Of a stretch of DNA of 64,000 nt, positions 1-9,881 are shown piece after piece. The stretch is taken from positions 38,921 to 102,920 of the forward strand of contig JASHNW010000115.1 in NCBI GenBank assembly GCA_030041435.1, written 5' to 3'. The position numbers were made by a program, and so were the translations under genes. Under the pieces are notes generated by a model. That model saw only the letters and a program-made list of their open reading frames with translations, made no database searches and was not told the DNA's origin. Numbering within the stretch: the stretch's first letter is position 1; every line of letters starts with the position of its first letter. The stretch comes from Acidobacteriaceae bacterium. GTDB taxonomy: Bacteria > Acidobacteriota > Terriglobia > Terriglobales > Acidobacteriaceae.

Positions 1-333
1 CTCAAAATGGACGCCTTCACCGAGTCCGTTATCACGAACCCAGAGATCCTCGCCGTCGATCAGTACTCTGAGAACAATCGCCCGGTGATCCAGCAGCCGG
101 ACACCGTCGTTTGGATGGCCGCAGCCGCCGAGCATCACGGCGACTACATCGCCATCTTCAACCTCGCGGACAAACCGCAGACCCTCACGTACACCTGGCA
201 GGACCTGGGCATCACCTATGGCAAATGTCCCGTGCGCGACCTGTGGGCCCGCCAGGACCTCGGCATCAGCAACCAGATCTCCGTCACGCTGCCGCCGCAT
301 GGCTCCGGCCTCTACCAGGCGGAGCATCGCTGA
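1..333 (+). CDS. alpha-galactosidase (GH27-like), C-terminal fragment; 5' end lies outside the window
   Basis: Frame 1 is open from base 1 to the stop at 331-333. The tail (..NPEILAVDQYSENNRPV..VWMAAAAEHHGDYIAIFNLADKPQTLTYTWQDLGI..VRDLWARQDLG..VTLPPHGSGLYQ) resembles the C-terminal beta-sandwich of GH27 enzymes, by recall only. Confidence 0.6.
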   Translation, partial: LKMDAFTESVITNPEILAVDQYSENNRPVIQQPDTVVWMAAAAEHHGDYIAIFNLADKPQTLTYTWQDLGITYGKCPVRDLWARQDLGISNQISVTLPPHGSGLYQAEHR

Positions 334-594
334 AGACAACCTGTGGAAAACTTTCTGTTACCCATTGCAAAATAATGAGTTAATGCCCCCAAAAAATTAT
401 TTGCGAATTGTCGGCCGCGGCAGCCAACCTTCGCCCGCTCGCTGCATCTATATAGGCAACACAAGAGGCAACTTCAGGCATTTCCGAACCTACCTGAGCT
501 GTTGAGCATCACTTCCTGTTGGAACTCTTGCGGCAACCTCGTCGCAGGACCCTCACACGACTCCCTGGTTTCTCCTCCCCACTGCCTCTGAAGC

Positions 595-625
595 GGGCCC
601 GCTGGAAAGCGGGCCCTTTGCTTTT
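595..625 (+). terminator. intrinsic terminator ~260 nt downstream of the nearest + strand stop codon
   Basis: Perfect 9-bp stem GGGCCCGCT / AGCGGGCCC with a GGAA loop, followed by TTTGCTTTT. Confidence 0.6.
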
Positions 626-817
626 CGTGGCGCAGTCGCCTGTCGCCCAGATTGTTCCGCAACAGGCTGGTCTGCCAACGTGAGATCCACCTGTGACGAT
701 CGGTCAGGATCTGGCCGAGGCGCTCCTCTCAGTTCCAGTTGAGCGCCCGCACCCTTACAACTCGTCGCGTCGCGCGATCTCTGCACGCTGCAGCCTGAAC
801 GCTGTACCCTGTACCCC

Positions 818-1870
818 ATGAAGATGCTCGCCGCCGCCCTGCTCCTGCTCCCCCTGACCGTTGCCGCACAGCAGGGGACCACCGCCGCGCAGGCGCCCAA
901 CACCGACACCAGCTACATCGACGCCAATGGCACCGCGCACATCACTCGCGTCATCCCCATCCCGCCCGACCTCAGCCCGGAAGCGAAGAAACACCTCGCG
1001 CGGCCCGCCTCCGACGCTGCCTATCCGCAGACGCTGGCCCAGCGCCGCAGCGGAACCGACGCCTGGCAGAGCCGCGCCGGGGAGTTCTCGCGCAGCCTCT
1101 ATCCCGCCAACGTGGCCGAAAGCACGATCGCCGGCGTTCCCGTCCGCATCGTCACGCCGATCTCCGATATGGACCCTGACAACGTGCTCATCAACCTGCA
1201 CGGCGGCGGCTTCAACTCCGACTCCGGCTCGCTCACTGAGACCATCCCCATCGCCAATCTCACGAAAATGAAGGTCGTCGCCGTCCTCTACCGCCTCGCG
1301 CCCGAGCATCCCTTCCCCGCCGGACTCGATGACGCTGTGGCCGTCTATAAAGAGCTGCTGAAGACCTACCAGCCGGCCCACATCGCCATCTACGGCACGT
1401 CGGCCGGCGCCATTCTCACCGGCGAAGTGGCCGTCGACCTCAGGAAACTCGGCCTGCCGCTGCCCGGCGCGCTCGGCATCTTCTCCGGCCACGGCGACTT
1501 CTCCCGCTACGGCGACTCCTGGGCCATGTACTCCCTCGACGGCCTCTCCGGCCATCTCGACCCGCCTGGCGCCACCTCCGACGCGCCCGCTTACGTCGGC
1601 TCGACGGACCCCCGCGACCCCGTCCTCTCGCCCCTTTTTGCCGACCTCAGCAACATGCCGCCCACGCTCTTCATCACCAGCGGCCGCGACATCCTGCTCA
1701 GCGGCACCACCATCCTCGACCGCGCCTTCCTCCGCGCAGGCAACGATAACGACCAGCTCATCGTCTTCGAAGGGTTGTCGCATGCCTTCTGGAACGACGC
1801 CAGCCTGCCCGAGTCAAAGGAAGCCTGCGGCTATATGGCACACTTTTTTATCAGGAACCTACGGCATTAA
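818..1870 (+). CDS. secreted alpha/beta hydrolase (esterase/lipase, HSL family IV-like)
   Basis: N-terminal signal peptide (MKMLAAALLLLPLTVAAQ), oxyanion motif HGGGF (INLHGGGFNSD) and nucleophile elbow GTSAG. Confidence 0.8.
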   Translation: MKMLAAALLLLPLTVAAQQGTTAAQAPNTDTSYIDANGTAHITRVIPIPPDLSPEAKKHLARPASDAAYPQTLAQRRSGTDAWQSRAGEFSRSLYPANVAESTIAGVPVRIVTPISDMDPDNVLINLHGGGFNSDSGSLTETIPIANLTKMKVVAVLYRLAPEHPFPAGLDDAVAVYKELLKTYQPAHIAIYGTSAGAILTGEVAVDLRKLGLPLPGALGIFSGHGDFSRYGDSWAMYSLDGLSGHLDPPGATSDAPAYVGSTDPRDPVLSPLFADLSNMPPTLFITSGRDILLSGTTILDRAFLRAGNDNDQLIVFEGLSHAFWNDASLPESKEACGYMAHFFIRNLRH

Positions 1871-1901
1871 ATTCATAAGTCTGCAACGATAATCGGAGCC
1901 C

Positions 1902-3770
1902 ATGCAGATCACCGACCTGCTCTTTGGACGACCGCTGGCATCCTCGGAGGAGCGCGCCGAGTGCATCGGCCCCGCGGCCGGCATTCCCATCTTCGGCCTC
2001 GACGCCCTCAGCTCCGCCGCCTACGGCCCGGAAGCCGCGCTGACGCTGCTTATTCCCCTCGGCCTCGCCGGCATTCACTACATCGTGCCGGTCACGGCGG
2101 CCATCCTCGCGCTGCTCATCATCCTCTACTTCTCCTATTCGCAGACCATCGAGGCGTATCCGCACGGCGGCGGCTCCTTCACCGTCGCCGGCGAAAACCT
2201 CGGCGATCGCGCCGGTTTGCTCGCTGCCGCAGCGCTGATGATCGACTACGTGCTCACCGCCGCGGTCGGCATCTCCGCCGGAGTGGGCGCGCTCATCTCT
2301 GCCGTGCCCTCGCTGCAGCCGCACACGCTCGGCATCTGTCTCGCCATCCTGGCCCTGCTCACGCTGGTGAACATGCGCGGCGTGCGCGACACCGGCGTGG
2401 CGTTCCTGCTGCCCACCTATCTCTTTCTCGCTACGCTCCTCGTCGTCATCGGCGTCGGCCTCTTTCATACCATCGCCAGCGGCGGACATCCCACCGCGGT
2501 GGTTGCGCCGCCCCGCCTGCCGAATATTGCCCCCATGGTCAGCCTCTGGCTGCTGCTGAAAGTCTTCTCCAGCGGCTGCACCGCCATGACCGGCGTGGAG
2601 GCGGTCAGCAACGGCGTCATGGCCTTTCGCGAGCCCACCACCAAAAATGCCCGGCGCTCGCTGACCGTCATCATCGCCCTGCTCATCGTTCTGCTGGCCG
2701 GCATCGCGCTGCTCTGCCACTTCTACCAGATCGGCGCTACCAATCCCGACGGCTCTGGCTATCAGAGTGTGCTCTCCCAGCTCACCAACGCGGTCATGGG
2801 CCACAACTGGTTCTACTTCGTCACCATTGCCTCCATCCTGCTGGTGCTGGCGCTCTCCGCCAACACCGCCTTCGCCGATTTTCCCCGCCTCACCCGCGCC
2901 ATCGCCCTCAAAGGCTATCTGCCCCACGTCTTCACCTTCCGCGGACGCCGCCTGCTCTACTCCTGGGGCATCTACGTCCTCGTCTTCCTCACCGGCAGCC
3001 TGCTCATCCTCTTTGGCGGCGTCACCGACCGGCTCATCCCGCTCTATGCCATCGGCGCATTCATGGCCTTCACGCTCTCGCAGGCGGGCATGGTCGTGCA
3101 CTGGAAGAAGCAGGGTGGCGCAACCGGGCGCATGCTGGTCAATGGCATCGGTGCTGTCGCCACCGGCATCACCACCTGCGTGGTGCTGGTGACGAAGTTC
3201 GTCGCAGGCGCCTGGGTCACCGCGCTGCTCATTCCCTGCATCATCCTGGTGATGGTCGCCGTGAATCGCCACTACCGCCGCGTCGGCCGCGAAACCGCGA
3301 ACCCGCATCCGCTGCGCACCACGAATATCCAGCCGCCCGTGGTCATCATTCCCATGGACCGCTGGAGCCGCATCACCGAAAAGGCCTTCCGCTTCGCCAT
3401 GTCCATCTCGCCTGACCTGCAGGTGGTCCACGTGGATACCCCCGATATCGACCACGGAGAGGACGAGCTCGTCAAAATGTGGATGGAGAAGATCGTCCTG
3501 CCGCTGCGCGCGGCCGGCCTGCCCGAACCCAGGCTGATGCGCCTGCAGTCGCCCTACCGCTACGTTCTTGTGCCGCTGCTGGACTACGTTCTCTCTGAAG
3601 AGAAAAAGAATGGCGACCGGCATATCGCCGTCCTCGTGCCGGAGCTGGTCGTCCGCCACTGGTGGGAAGCACTGCTGCACAACCAGCGCTCCAGCCTGCT
3701 GAAGCTGCTGCTGCTGGTGCGCGGCAATCAGCGCATCGTGGTGATCAATATTCCGTGGTACCAGGAATGA
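1902..3770 (+). CDS. APC-superfamily amino acid/polyamine permease with a cytoplasmic C-terminal domain
   Basis: GGAG lies 4 nt upstream of the ATG. About 12 hydrophobic helices; the N-terminus (LLFGRPLASSEE..GLDALSSAAYGPEA) is typical of ~620-aa APC permeases. Confidence 0.75.
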   Translation: MQITDLLFGRPLASSEERAECIGPAAGIPIFGLDALSSAAYGPEAALTLLIPLGLAGIHYIVPVTAAILALLIILYFSYSQTIEAYPHGGGSFTVAGENLGDRAGLLAAAALMIDYVLTAAVGISAGVGALISAVPSLQPHTLGICLAILALLTLVNMRGVRDTGVAFLLPTYLFLATLLVVIGVGLFHTIASGGHPTAVVAPPRLPNIAPMVSLWLLLKVFSSGCTAMTGVEAVSNGVMAFREPTTKNARRSLTVIIALLIVLLAGIALLCHFYQIGATNPDGSGYQSVLSQLTNAVMGHNWFYFVTIASILLVLALSANTAFADFPRLTRAIALKGYLPHVFTFRGRRLLYSWGIYVLVFLTGSLLILFGGVTDRLIPLYAIGAFMAFTLSQAGMVVHWKKQGGATGRMLVNGIGAVATGITTCVVLVTKFVAGAWVTALLIPCIILVMVAVNRHYRRVGRETANPHPLRTTNIQPPVVIIPMDRWSRITEKAFRFAMSISPDLQVVHVDTPDIDHGEDELVKMWMEKIVLPLRAAGLPEPRLMRLQSPYRYVLVPLLDYVLSEEKKNGDRHIAVLVPELVVRHWWEALLHNQRSSLLKLLLLVRGNQRIVVINIPWYQE

Positions 3771-3777
3771 TATCGCC

Positions 3778-3809
3778 GCAAAAATAAGAGGCGGCCTCGC
3801 GGCTGCCTC
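3778..3809 (-). terminator. intrinsic terminator downstream of the Crp/Fnr gene
   Basis: Minus strand reads GAGGCAGCC-GCGA-GGCCGCCTC (one mismatch) followed by TTATTTTTG. It lies between convergent genes. Confidence 0.5.
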
Positions 3810-3856
3810 AAGGGATTACAGGACAACAAGTAACTTCGCAGTTATGGAGGAGGACC

Positions 3857-4555
3857 TTACACAGCCAGCCGCTCCAGCGCCTGTGGTTGCAGGACGGTGA
3901 GCGCCGCGCCCCGAATCTGAATCAGGTTGTCGCGTTTCAGCTGTCCCAGAACCCGGGTGACCGTCTCGCGCGTGGTCGCCGTCATCGAGGCGATCTCTTC
4001 GTGCGTGAGCGTCATCATGCAGCGCCCCTGCGGCGCATTCGCCGGAGCCTGATCGCGGCTCCAGTCCAGCAGCAGCCCGGCTACGCGGCCGGACGCTGTG
4101 GCGGGGAGGGCTAACCGGCGCACTTCAGAGAAAGCAGCTTTGTATTCCTGGGCGACGGTGCGGGCCGCGCGCATGCTGGCATCGGGGTTGCGATCCAGAA
4201 AGTCGAGCAGCGCCTGGCGGCGGATGGTTTTCAGCCGGCAGGGTTCCACCGTTTCGGCAGTTACTTCGTAAGGCTGGCCCGCCAGCGCCGCGGACAACCC
4301 CAAAACTTCACCGGCGCGGGCAATCTTCAAAATCAGCGTCCGCCCTTCGCGGCTGGTCGCCGACAGCTTCACGCGCCCCGAGCAGAGCACGTGCACCGAT
4401 CCGCAGGAGTCGCCTTCGCGGAAGATGATCGCACCGCGGGTAAACTGCACCGGCGTTCCGATGTTGTCGAACTTCTCGATCGCGGAATCTTCCATCTTGC
4501 AGAAGAGGTGCTGGCCGCGTACTGGGCAGTTCATACATCCCTGGCTACGTTCCAT
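3857..4555 (-). CDS. Crp/Fnr family transcriptional regulator with an N-terminal Cys cluster (FNR-like)
   Basis: Start chosen at MERSQGC.. because AGGAG lies 8 nt upstream (the ORF track extends to 4618). cNMP-binding-like fold (GAIIFREGDSCGSVHVLCSGRVKL) and C-terminal HTH (THEEIASMTATTRETVTRVLGQL). Cys pattern C-x2-C-x8-C near the N-terminus. Confidence 0.85.
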   Translation of the reverse strand: MERSQGCMNCPVRGQHLFCKMEDSAIEKFDNIGTPVQFTRGAIIFREGDSCGSVHVLCSGRVKLSATSREGRTLILKIARAGEVLGLSAALAGQPYEVTAETVEPCRLKTIRRQALLDFLDRNPDASMRAARTVAQEYKAAFSEVRRLALPATASGRVAGLLLDWSRDQAPANAPQGRCMMTLTHEEIASMTATTRETVTRVLGQLKRDNLIQIRGAALTVLQPQALERLAV

Positions 4556-4590
4556 TGGCTTATCTCCTGGGGACTGACGCCAGGGAATAG

Positions 4591-4607
4591 AGCACGGCGC
4601 GTGCCAA
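4591..4607 (-). promoter_or_regulatory. candidate sigma54 (-24/-12) promoter upstream of the Crp/Fnr gene
   Basis: Minus strand reads TTGGCACGCGCCGTGCT. GG-N10-GC spacing is correct and the -24 half is a perfect TTGGCACG. It ends ~36 nt upstream of the ATG at 4555. Confidence 0.3.
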
Positions 4608-4750
4608 ACTTTCGTCACACTGCCATGTGATTGAAATCACAATTCTTGCGGTTTTGTCCTCATTCGGCACAGCTTGCGTGAGACTGTGCGCGCTGCGTCA
4701 CCACACATGGTGCAACTGCGCGCTTTGGCGCAGGCGCGGGCTGCGGCGAT

Positions 4751-6220
4751 TCAATGCGCCCCTGCCATCCGCCTCTCCGCTGCGTGCGTCCGTGTGCTCT
4801 CCGCTGGCAGCAGCGCCGCCAGAACGTCGGCCGCGCTGTAGCTCATGCCGCCTGCCGGCAAAAACCGCGCAATCTCCGCCAGGTCGTCGCCCGCCGTCAC
4901 CAGCGGCGGCTCCACGCGATGGCTGCAGCGCACCTGCTGCTGGCCGATATTTGCCACCAGCGCGTTGCACAGGCACTTGCGCCCCGTTGCGTCTTCGGCC
5001 TTTCCGCCTTTCGACAAATAAACCGGCAGCGGCTCCGCCGGGCAGCGATACGCAACGCGCCCGTCCTCGCCGCGATAGAGTTCGCGCAAAAAGCCGAGAT
5101 CGCAGATGCGCGGGCGCGCCGCGCACACGTTCTCTTCTGAAGCGGTCCCTTCGAGCCGCGCCACCTTGAACGGAAATCCCGCCGGCGATGCCAGCGGATC
5201 CGTGAACACTCGCGCCTCGTGCCGCCGCGCCCGTTCCAGCAGCGCCTGCTTCAGGTCCTCGCGCAGCGCCGATTCCCGCGTGAACGCGAAGGCCGTCCCC
5301 ACCTGCACACCGGCCGCGCCTGCCTCCACAGCTTCGCGCAGCTTCTCCGGCCGGCCGTATCCGCCCGCCAGCCAGAACGGCGCTCCCAGCTCGCGGATCT
5401 TCTCGAGGTCCACGGCATCGCGCTCCCCGTAGATCGGCTCACCCTGCGCGTCCAGTTGCAGCTTGCCGCGTGGCGGCGCGTTGTGCCCGCCCGCCGTCCT
5501 CGTCTCGATCACCAGCCCGTCCACTTTGCCGTTGGCCTTGCGCAGCATGGTGGCCGCGAGCGTGTTCGACGAAACAATCGCCAGAAAATTCGGCCGCTGC
5601 AGCGCAGGCAGATCGCGCTCCATCCACTCCCGCGGATCGAAGCTTAGCGTGAAGTCGTCGCCTTGCTGCGCACCGCTCACATGCAGTGCATACTCTGCGG
5701 GCTTGTGCTCGGACAGCGCGTCCAGCACACCCGGCACGTGCAGCGGAATCCCCGCGCCCATCAGCACAGAACCCACGCCCGCCAGCATCGCTCCGTACAT
5801 CGAAGGCAGATGCGGAATCTGGATCTTCTCGAGGTAATTGATGCCCACCGGGTGCGCGTGGCCCTCGCGCGCCAGCCACACTTCGACGAAGTTGCTCACC
5901 ATGCACAGCTCCGTCAGTTCGCGCGGCTCCTCGTGCGCGTGCATCGGCAGGGTGCGATACGCGGCGTTCGCAGGTTTGCCGCCGCACAGGTAATACGTAT
6001 TCCAGATGCGTTCCGCCATCGCCGGAAAAGGAAACGCATCGAGCCCGCGCCGCATGTGCCCGCCCGGATCGCCGTCCTCCAGCCGCCGGACGAAGATCGC
6101 GTCCAGCGCCGTGCCGGAAACCACCCCCAGTTGCCCCAGCCGCGATACCGCCTGCGCCAGGCGCCAGCCGGACACACCCGCGCCCATGCCGCCCTGAATC
6201 ACCCTCGGATATGGATGCAT
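4751..6220 (-). CDS. nitronate monooxygenase / NAD(P)H-dependent flavin oxidoreductase family protein (long form)
   Basis: MHPYPRVIQGGMGAGVSGWRLAQAVSRLGQLGVVSG.. matches the NMO (2-nitropropane dioxygenase-like) N-terminus. Start taken at the internal ATG at 6220 (track: 6301). Confidence 0.7.
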   Translation of the reverse strand: MHPYPRVIQGGMGAGVSGWRLAQAVSRLGQLGVVSGTALDAIFVRRLEDGDPGGHMRRGLDAFPFPAMAERIWNTYYLCGGKPANAAYRTLPMHAHEEPRELTELCMVSNFVEVWLAREGHAHPVGINYLEKIQIPHLPSMYGAMLAGVGSVLMGAGIPLHVPGVLDALSEHKPAEYALHVSGAQQGDDFTLSFDPREWMERDLPALQRPNFLAIVSSNTLAATMLRKANGKVDGLVIETRTAGGHNAPPRGKLQLDAQGEPIYGERDAVDLEKIRELGAPFWLAGGYGRPEKLREAVEAGAAGVQVGTAFAFTRESALREDLKQALLERARRHEARVFTDPLASPAGFPFKVARLEGTASEENVCAARPRICDLGFLRELYRGEDGRVAYRCPAEPLPVYLSKGGKAEDATGRKCLCNALVANIGQQQVRCSHRVEPPLVTAGDDLAEIARFLPAGGMSYSAADVLAALLPAESTRTHAAERRMAGAH

Positions 6221-6640
6221 GTTGCTCTGATCGTTGCACCGGCGCCGGGAGCTGAATGTCGCAGTTTTGTAATCGCCCGGCTTACGATGCCAATTTCCCA
6301 AACCTTAGTAACGTGCGAGCCAGCCACGAAGGGGAAGCCTCGGCGGATTTTCCCGCGAGAGGGTCCTGCATTCAGAAAGGCGCAGGGCGGTCACCCCATC
6401 CCCGCCTGGCGCTCCCGCACTCACAGCGCCACCGGGCTGGTTTCCATGATGCTTCGGTAGCATGCCCGAATGTTGGCGGCGGCTGCGGCTGTTGGATGCG
6501 ACATAAGTCACAACTAACCGAACCACTAATAACTCGATAACTGCCGTAACTCTGTGGTATCGCGCGACCGGCCGGAATAATCGCAACAAACTTGCTTCCG
6601 ATAGCCCCCGGTGAACCAGACTCCCGCCGGATCGATTCTC

Positions 6641-9295
6641 TTATTCCTCTCGCAAGGTGCGTGCCGGGTCGATAGCTGCGATGCGCAGAGTAGGGACGAA
6701 GGCAGCCAGTACGATCACCGATCCAAGGGTGCAAACAACGAAGAGGATCGTGGGAACGTCATAGACACCCACTCCATAGATCACGCTGTGCATGGCTCGC
6801 AGCACGCCTGCACATAACATCAGGCCGAGGACGAGTCCCAAAGCCGAGGCTCGCACGCCCGGCACGCCAATCTGGATCATGGCCTGGCGCACGGTCGAGC
6901 CCAGTGCGATGCGGATCCCGATTTCGCGAGTTTTCTGCGCCACGATATTGGCCACCAGAGAGAAGATTCCAACCGCACTCAGCAGCAGAGCCAGAGCCGC
7001 CATCACGCCGAGCAGCGCCACTTCGACGCGCTGCGTCGCGAGGGTTTTCGTCAGCAGGTCGCGCATGCTGTAAAAGCCGGAGAAGGGCAGCCCGGGGTCG
7101 ATGCCGGCGAGGGCACGCTGCATCTGCGCGGTGAGCCCTTCAACCGGGCCGGCGGTGCGGACGATCCAGCTGGGCTGGACCCAAACGTGCACCACGGTGA
7201 GTTGGGGCGCCTCGATTTGAGCGGCGGGAACATAGAGGGTAGCCTCGCCGCTCAGGGGCGCGATGGGGTCGATACCGGGCTCCATGGGAACGTCGCCCAC
7301 CACGCCCACGATGCGCGTGTCTTTGTTCAGCATGCGGCCGATGGGATTGGCGCCCTGGAAGTACTGTTGAACAAACAGATGGTTGACGATGGCGACGCGC
7401 TGCGTTTTGAGGCCGTCTCCGCCGGTGAAGGAGCGGCCGGCGAGAACGGGGATTTGCAGGGCGTCGAAGTAATCGGGGGTGACGTAGACCTCGTCGGCGG
7501 TGGCGGCGTGCCCCGAGTCTTTGCCATCGAGAATGATGCCGCCCATGATGATGGAGCGCTCATAGGGCAGACTGAGGCCGACCGCGGCCTGCTCGACTCC
7601 GGGAATCCTGCGCATCGCGGCGGTGCTCTCGTCGAGCAGCGTCTGGAAGGCCGCGGGGTCGTGATAGCGAACGGTGTCGAGAGAAGCCTTAGCGGTCATG
7701 ACGCCGTTGGGGCTGAAGCCAGGCGGCAGATTCTCCAGATGGATGAGGGTGCGGATGAGCAGGCCGGATGCAGCCAGCAGAACCACGGTGAGGGCGACCT
7801 CGCCGCCGATCAGCATCTGGCGGAGACGAAGGTGGTCGCCTCCGGTGGCGGAGCGGGTTCCCATCGCCGAGCGCAGATCGAATCGGCGCGTGATGAGAGC
7901 CGGAAGCATTCCGAAAAGCACGCTGGTGAGCAGCGAGACGAGCAGGGTGAAGGCCAGAACGCGGCTATCGAGGGGAATGCTGGCCACCGGCAGAAGTTGC
8001 TCGGGCAGCAGACGCAGCAGACCGCGCAGTGCCAGGAAACCGACGCCGATGCCGGCTGCTCCGCCGGCGGTTGCGAGCAGCAGATTCTCCATCCAGAGCT
8101 GCTTTTCAATTTGCCATCGCGATGCGCCCAGGGCCAGGCGTGTGGCGATTTCCGGAGTGCGGCGCAGAACCCGAACCAGAGTGAGGCCGGCCAGATTGGC
8201 ACAGGCAATCAGCAGAATAAGCGCCGCCGCCAGCATCAGCGCCAGCACCTGCGGACGCAGCGGAGCCGTTTCTCCCCTTTTGAGCGGCACGGTGTAGTAG
8301 CTGACCTGCGCATTGGGATTATCTGCGAGCTCGTAACGGTTGGTGCGCAGAGACCACGCGCGGTTGATCTGGGCATCGGCCTGCTGCCAGGTGGCGCCAT
8401 CACGCAGCCGAACGATATCGACGAAATTCGTTCCCCCGCCCTCGCCCGTGCGGCCGGCCTGCAGCGGCGTATAGAGCGCGGCGTTCTGAGGAGTGACGGC
8501 TCCCTGGGGAAGCACCCCAACCACCGTGTAAGGCTCGCCTTTGATCAGAATCGCCTGGCCGAGGATGTCCGGATTCGCGCCCAGAATGGAGTGCCACAGA
8601 CCGTAGCTCAGGATCGCGGCCCTGGGTCCGTGAGGACGATCTTCGGCCTCGGTGAAATTGCGTCCGAAAAGGGGATGGATCTCCAGGACATCGAAATAGT
8701 GAGCGGAGACGCGGGCAGCCTGGAGATACGCGACATGCGATCCGGCCTGCAGATCGACACCGGCGCCGCGGATGCTGGAGATACCGGAAAGGAGAGCGGG
8801 AACCTGGTCGCGCAGCAACTCCCATTGCTCGCCGTTGATGTGGTGCCGTTCGCCGGTGAGGCCGGTACCGGAGATGCGTGTGAAGATGGTGCCCAGCCGT
8901 TCCGGATGCGCATAGGGCAGACCGGTAAGCATGAGCGCATTCACAATCGAAAAAATTGCCGTGTTTGCGCCGATAGCCAGAGCCAGAGTGACGACGACCG
9001 TGAGGGCAAACCCGGGATTGCGACGCATTTGCCGCCAGCCGTAGCGCGCGTCTTGCCACAAGAGCTCCACACCGGCGCCGGCTCGGCGGTCGCGCACCGC
9101 CTGCTTCACCTGCTCCATGCCCCCGATTTCCGCGAGAGCGGTGCGCCGGGCCTCCGCCGCCGGCATACCCCCGGCCACGCGTTCGTCGGTCATCATGTCC
9201 ACACAGGCACTCACCTCGTCGTCGAGTTGAGCCTCAACTTCCTGCTTACGGACGAGATTGCGGAGAGCACTTCTGAGGCGGTTCCAGAGTTGCAT
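6641..9295 (-). CDS. ADOP family duplicated permease (two MacB_PCD/FtsX modules), no adjacent ATPase
   Basis: 884 aa. The N-terminal cytoplasmic 'permease prefix' helix region is followed by two repeats of TM + large periplasmic domain + 3 TM (FtsX-like). Starts 9 nt after the stop of the upstream PadR gene. Confidence 0.85.
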   Translation of the reverse strand: MQLWNRLRSALRNLVRKQEVEAQLDDEVSACVDMMTDERVAGGMPAAEARRTALAEIGGMEQVKQAVRDRRAGAGVELLWQDARYGWRQMRRNPGFALTVVVTLALAIGANTAIFSIVNALMLTGLPYAHPERLGTIFTRISGTGLTGERHHINGEQWELLRDQVPALLSGISSIRGAGVDLQAGSHVAYLQAARVSAHYFDVLEIHPLFGRNFTEAEDRPHGPRAAILSYGLWHSILGANPDILGQAILIKGEPYTVVGVLPQGAVTPQNAALYTPLQAGRTGEGGGTNFVDIVRLRDGATWQQADAQINRAWSLRTNRYELADNPNAQVSYYTVPLKRGETAPLRPQVLALMLAAALILLIACANLAGLTLVRVLRRTPEIATRLALGASRWQIEKQLWMENLLLATAGGAAGIGVGFLALRGLLRLLPEQLLPVASIPLDSRVLAFTLLVSLLTSVLFGMLPALITRRFDLRSAMGTRSATGGDHLRLRQMLIGGEVALTVVLLAASGLLIRTLIHLENLPPGFSPNGVMTAKASLDTVRYHDPAAFQTLLDESTAAMRRIPGVEQAAVGLSLPYERSIIMGGIILDGKDSGHAATADEVYVTPDYFDALQIPVLAGRSFTGGDGLKTQRVAIVNHLFVQQYFQGANPIGRMLNKDTRIVGVVGDVPMEPGIDPIAPLSGEATLYVPAAQIEAPQLTVVHVWVQPSWIVRTAGPVEGLTAQMQRALAGIDPGLPFSGFYSMRDLLTKTLATQRVEVALLGVMAALALLLSAVGIFSLVANIVAQKTREIGIRIALGSTVRQAMIQIGVPGVRASALGLVLGLMLCAGVLRAMHSVIYGVGVYDVPTILFVVCTLGSVIVLAAFVPTLRIAAIDPARTLREE

Positions 9296-9304
9296 GGATT
9301 ACCT

Positions 9305-9637
9305 CTAAACTGCCTTCAATGCATTGGCCATCGCCAGAGCGACTCTTGCCCATTGCTCCCTCTCGACTTCCAGCTGGGCCTTTCCGGCTTTTGTGATCCG
9401 GTAGTATTTGGCGCGGCGATTATTTTCAGATTCGCCCCAGAAGGAGCTCAGCCACCCTGCCTCCTCCAGACGGTGCAGTGCGGGGAAGAGCGAGCCTGGT
9501 TTCACAAGGAATGTCCCCTGAGTGATTTGCTCGATGCGGCGCGAGACCCCCAGGCCGTGCAGTTCTCCCGTGCTGAGCGACTTGAGGATGAGCAGATCGA
9601 GCGTGCCCTGCAGCAGACTGGTTGGTTCGGCGCTCAC
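9305..9637 (-). CDS. PadR family transcriptional regulator (acidobacterial type, paired with ADOP)
   Basis: 110 aa with a winged-helix PadR signature (LQGTLDLLILKSLSTGELHGLGVSRRIEQITQG..PGSLFPALHRLEEAGWL). GTG start with GGGGAG upstream. Confidence 0.9.
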   Translation of the reverse strand: MSAEPTSLLQGTLDLLILKSLSTGELHGLGVSRRIEQITQGTFLVKPGSLFPALHRLEEAGWLSSFWGESENNRRAKYYRITKAGKAQLEVEREQWARVALAMANALKAV

Positions 9638-9881
9638 GGAATCTCCCCTATCGAATCTCTATAGGAACTGTGGACCTCTTCCTGCAGATTGTCAATAGGA
9701 GAGAGACTGCGCCTGCACGAACAACCCTGGTCCGAAGCGAGGAACGCAGCGGGGCTTGCGGCTGATCCTGTTTTGCGTCGTATACTGGCGTCGCCTCAAA
9801 ACACGGGCCCCGCGATATCAGCAAACCAATGCCAGTACCCTGCTCGCCGGACTGGGTCCGGTAATCGTTTCAGGAGGAGAA

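Noticed and set aside
7187-9664. Very long ORFs antisense to or overlapping the genes called here: 7187..9664(+), 755..1783(-), 1851..3680(-), 9894..12542(-), 16297..18510(+), 28047..29744(+), 45020..46153(-), 47273..49336(-), 57433..58515(+).
   Set aside because: They lie opposite ORFs with clear domain signatures and have the Arg/Gly/Ala/Pro/His-rich, motif-free composition typical of stop-codon-poor antisense frames in high-G+C DNA. None shows a recognisable motif or RBS.
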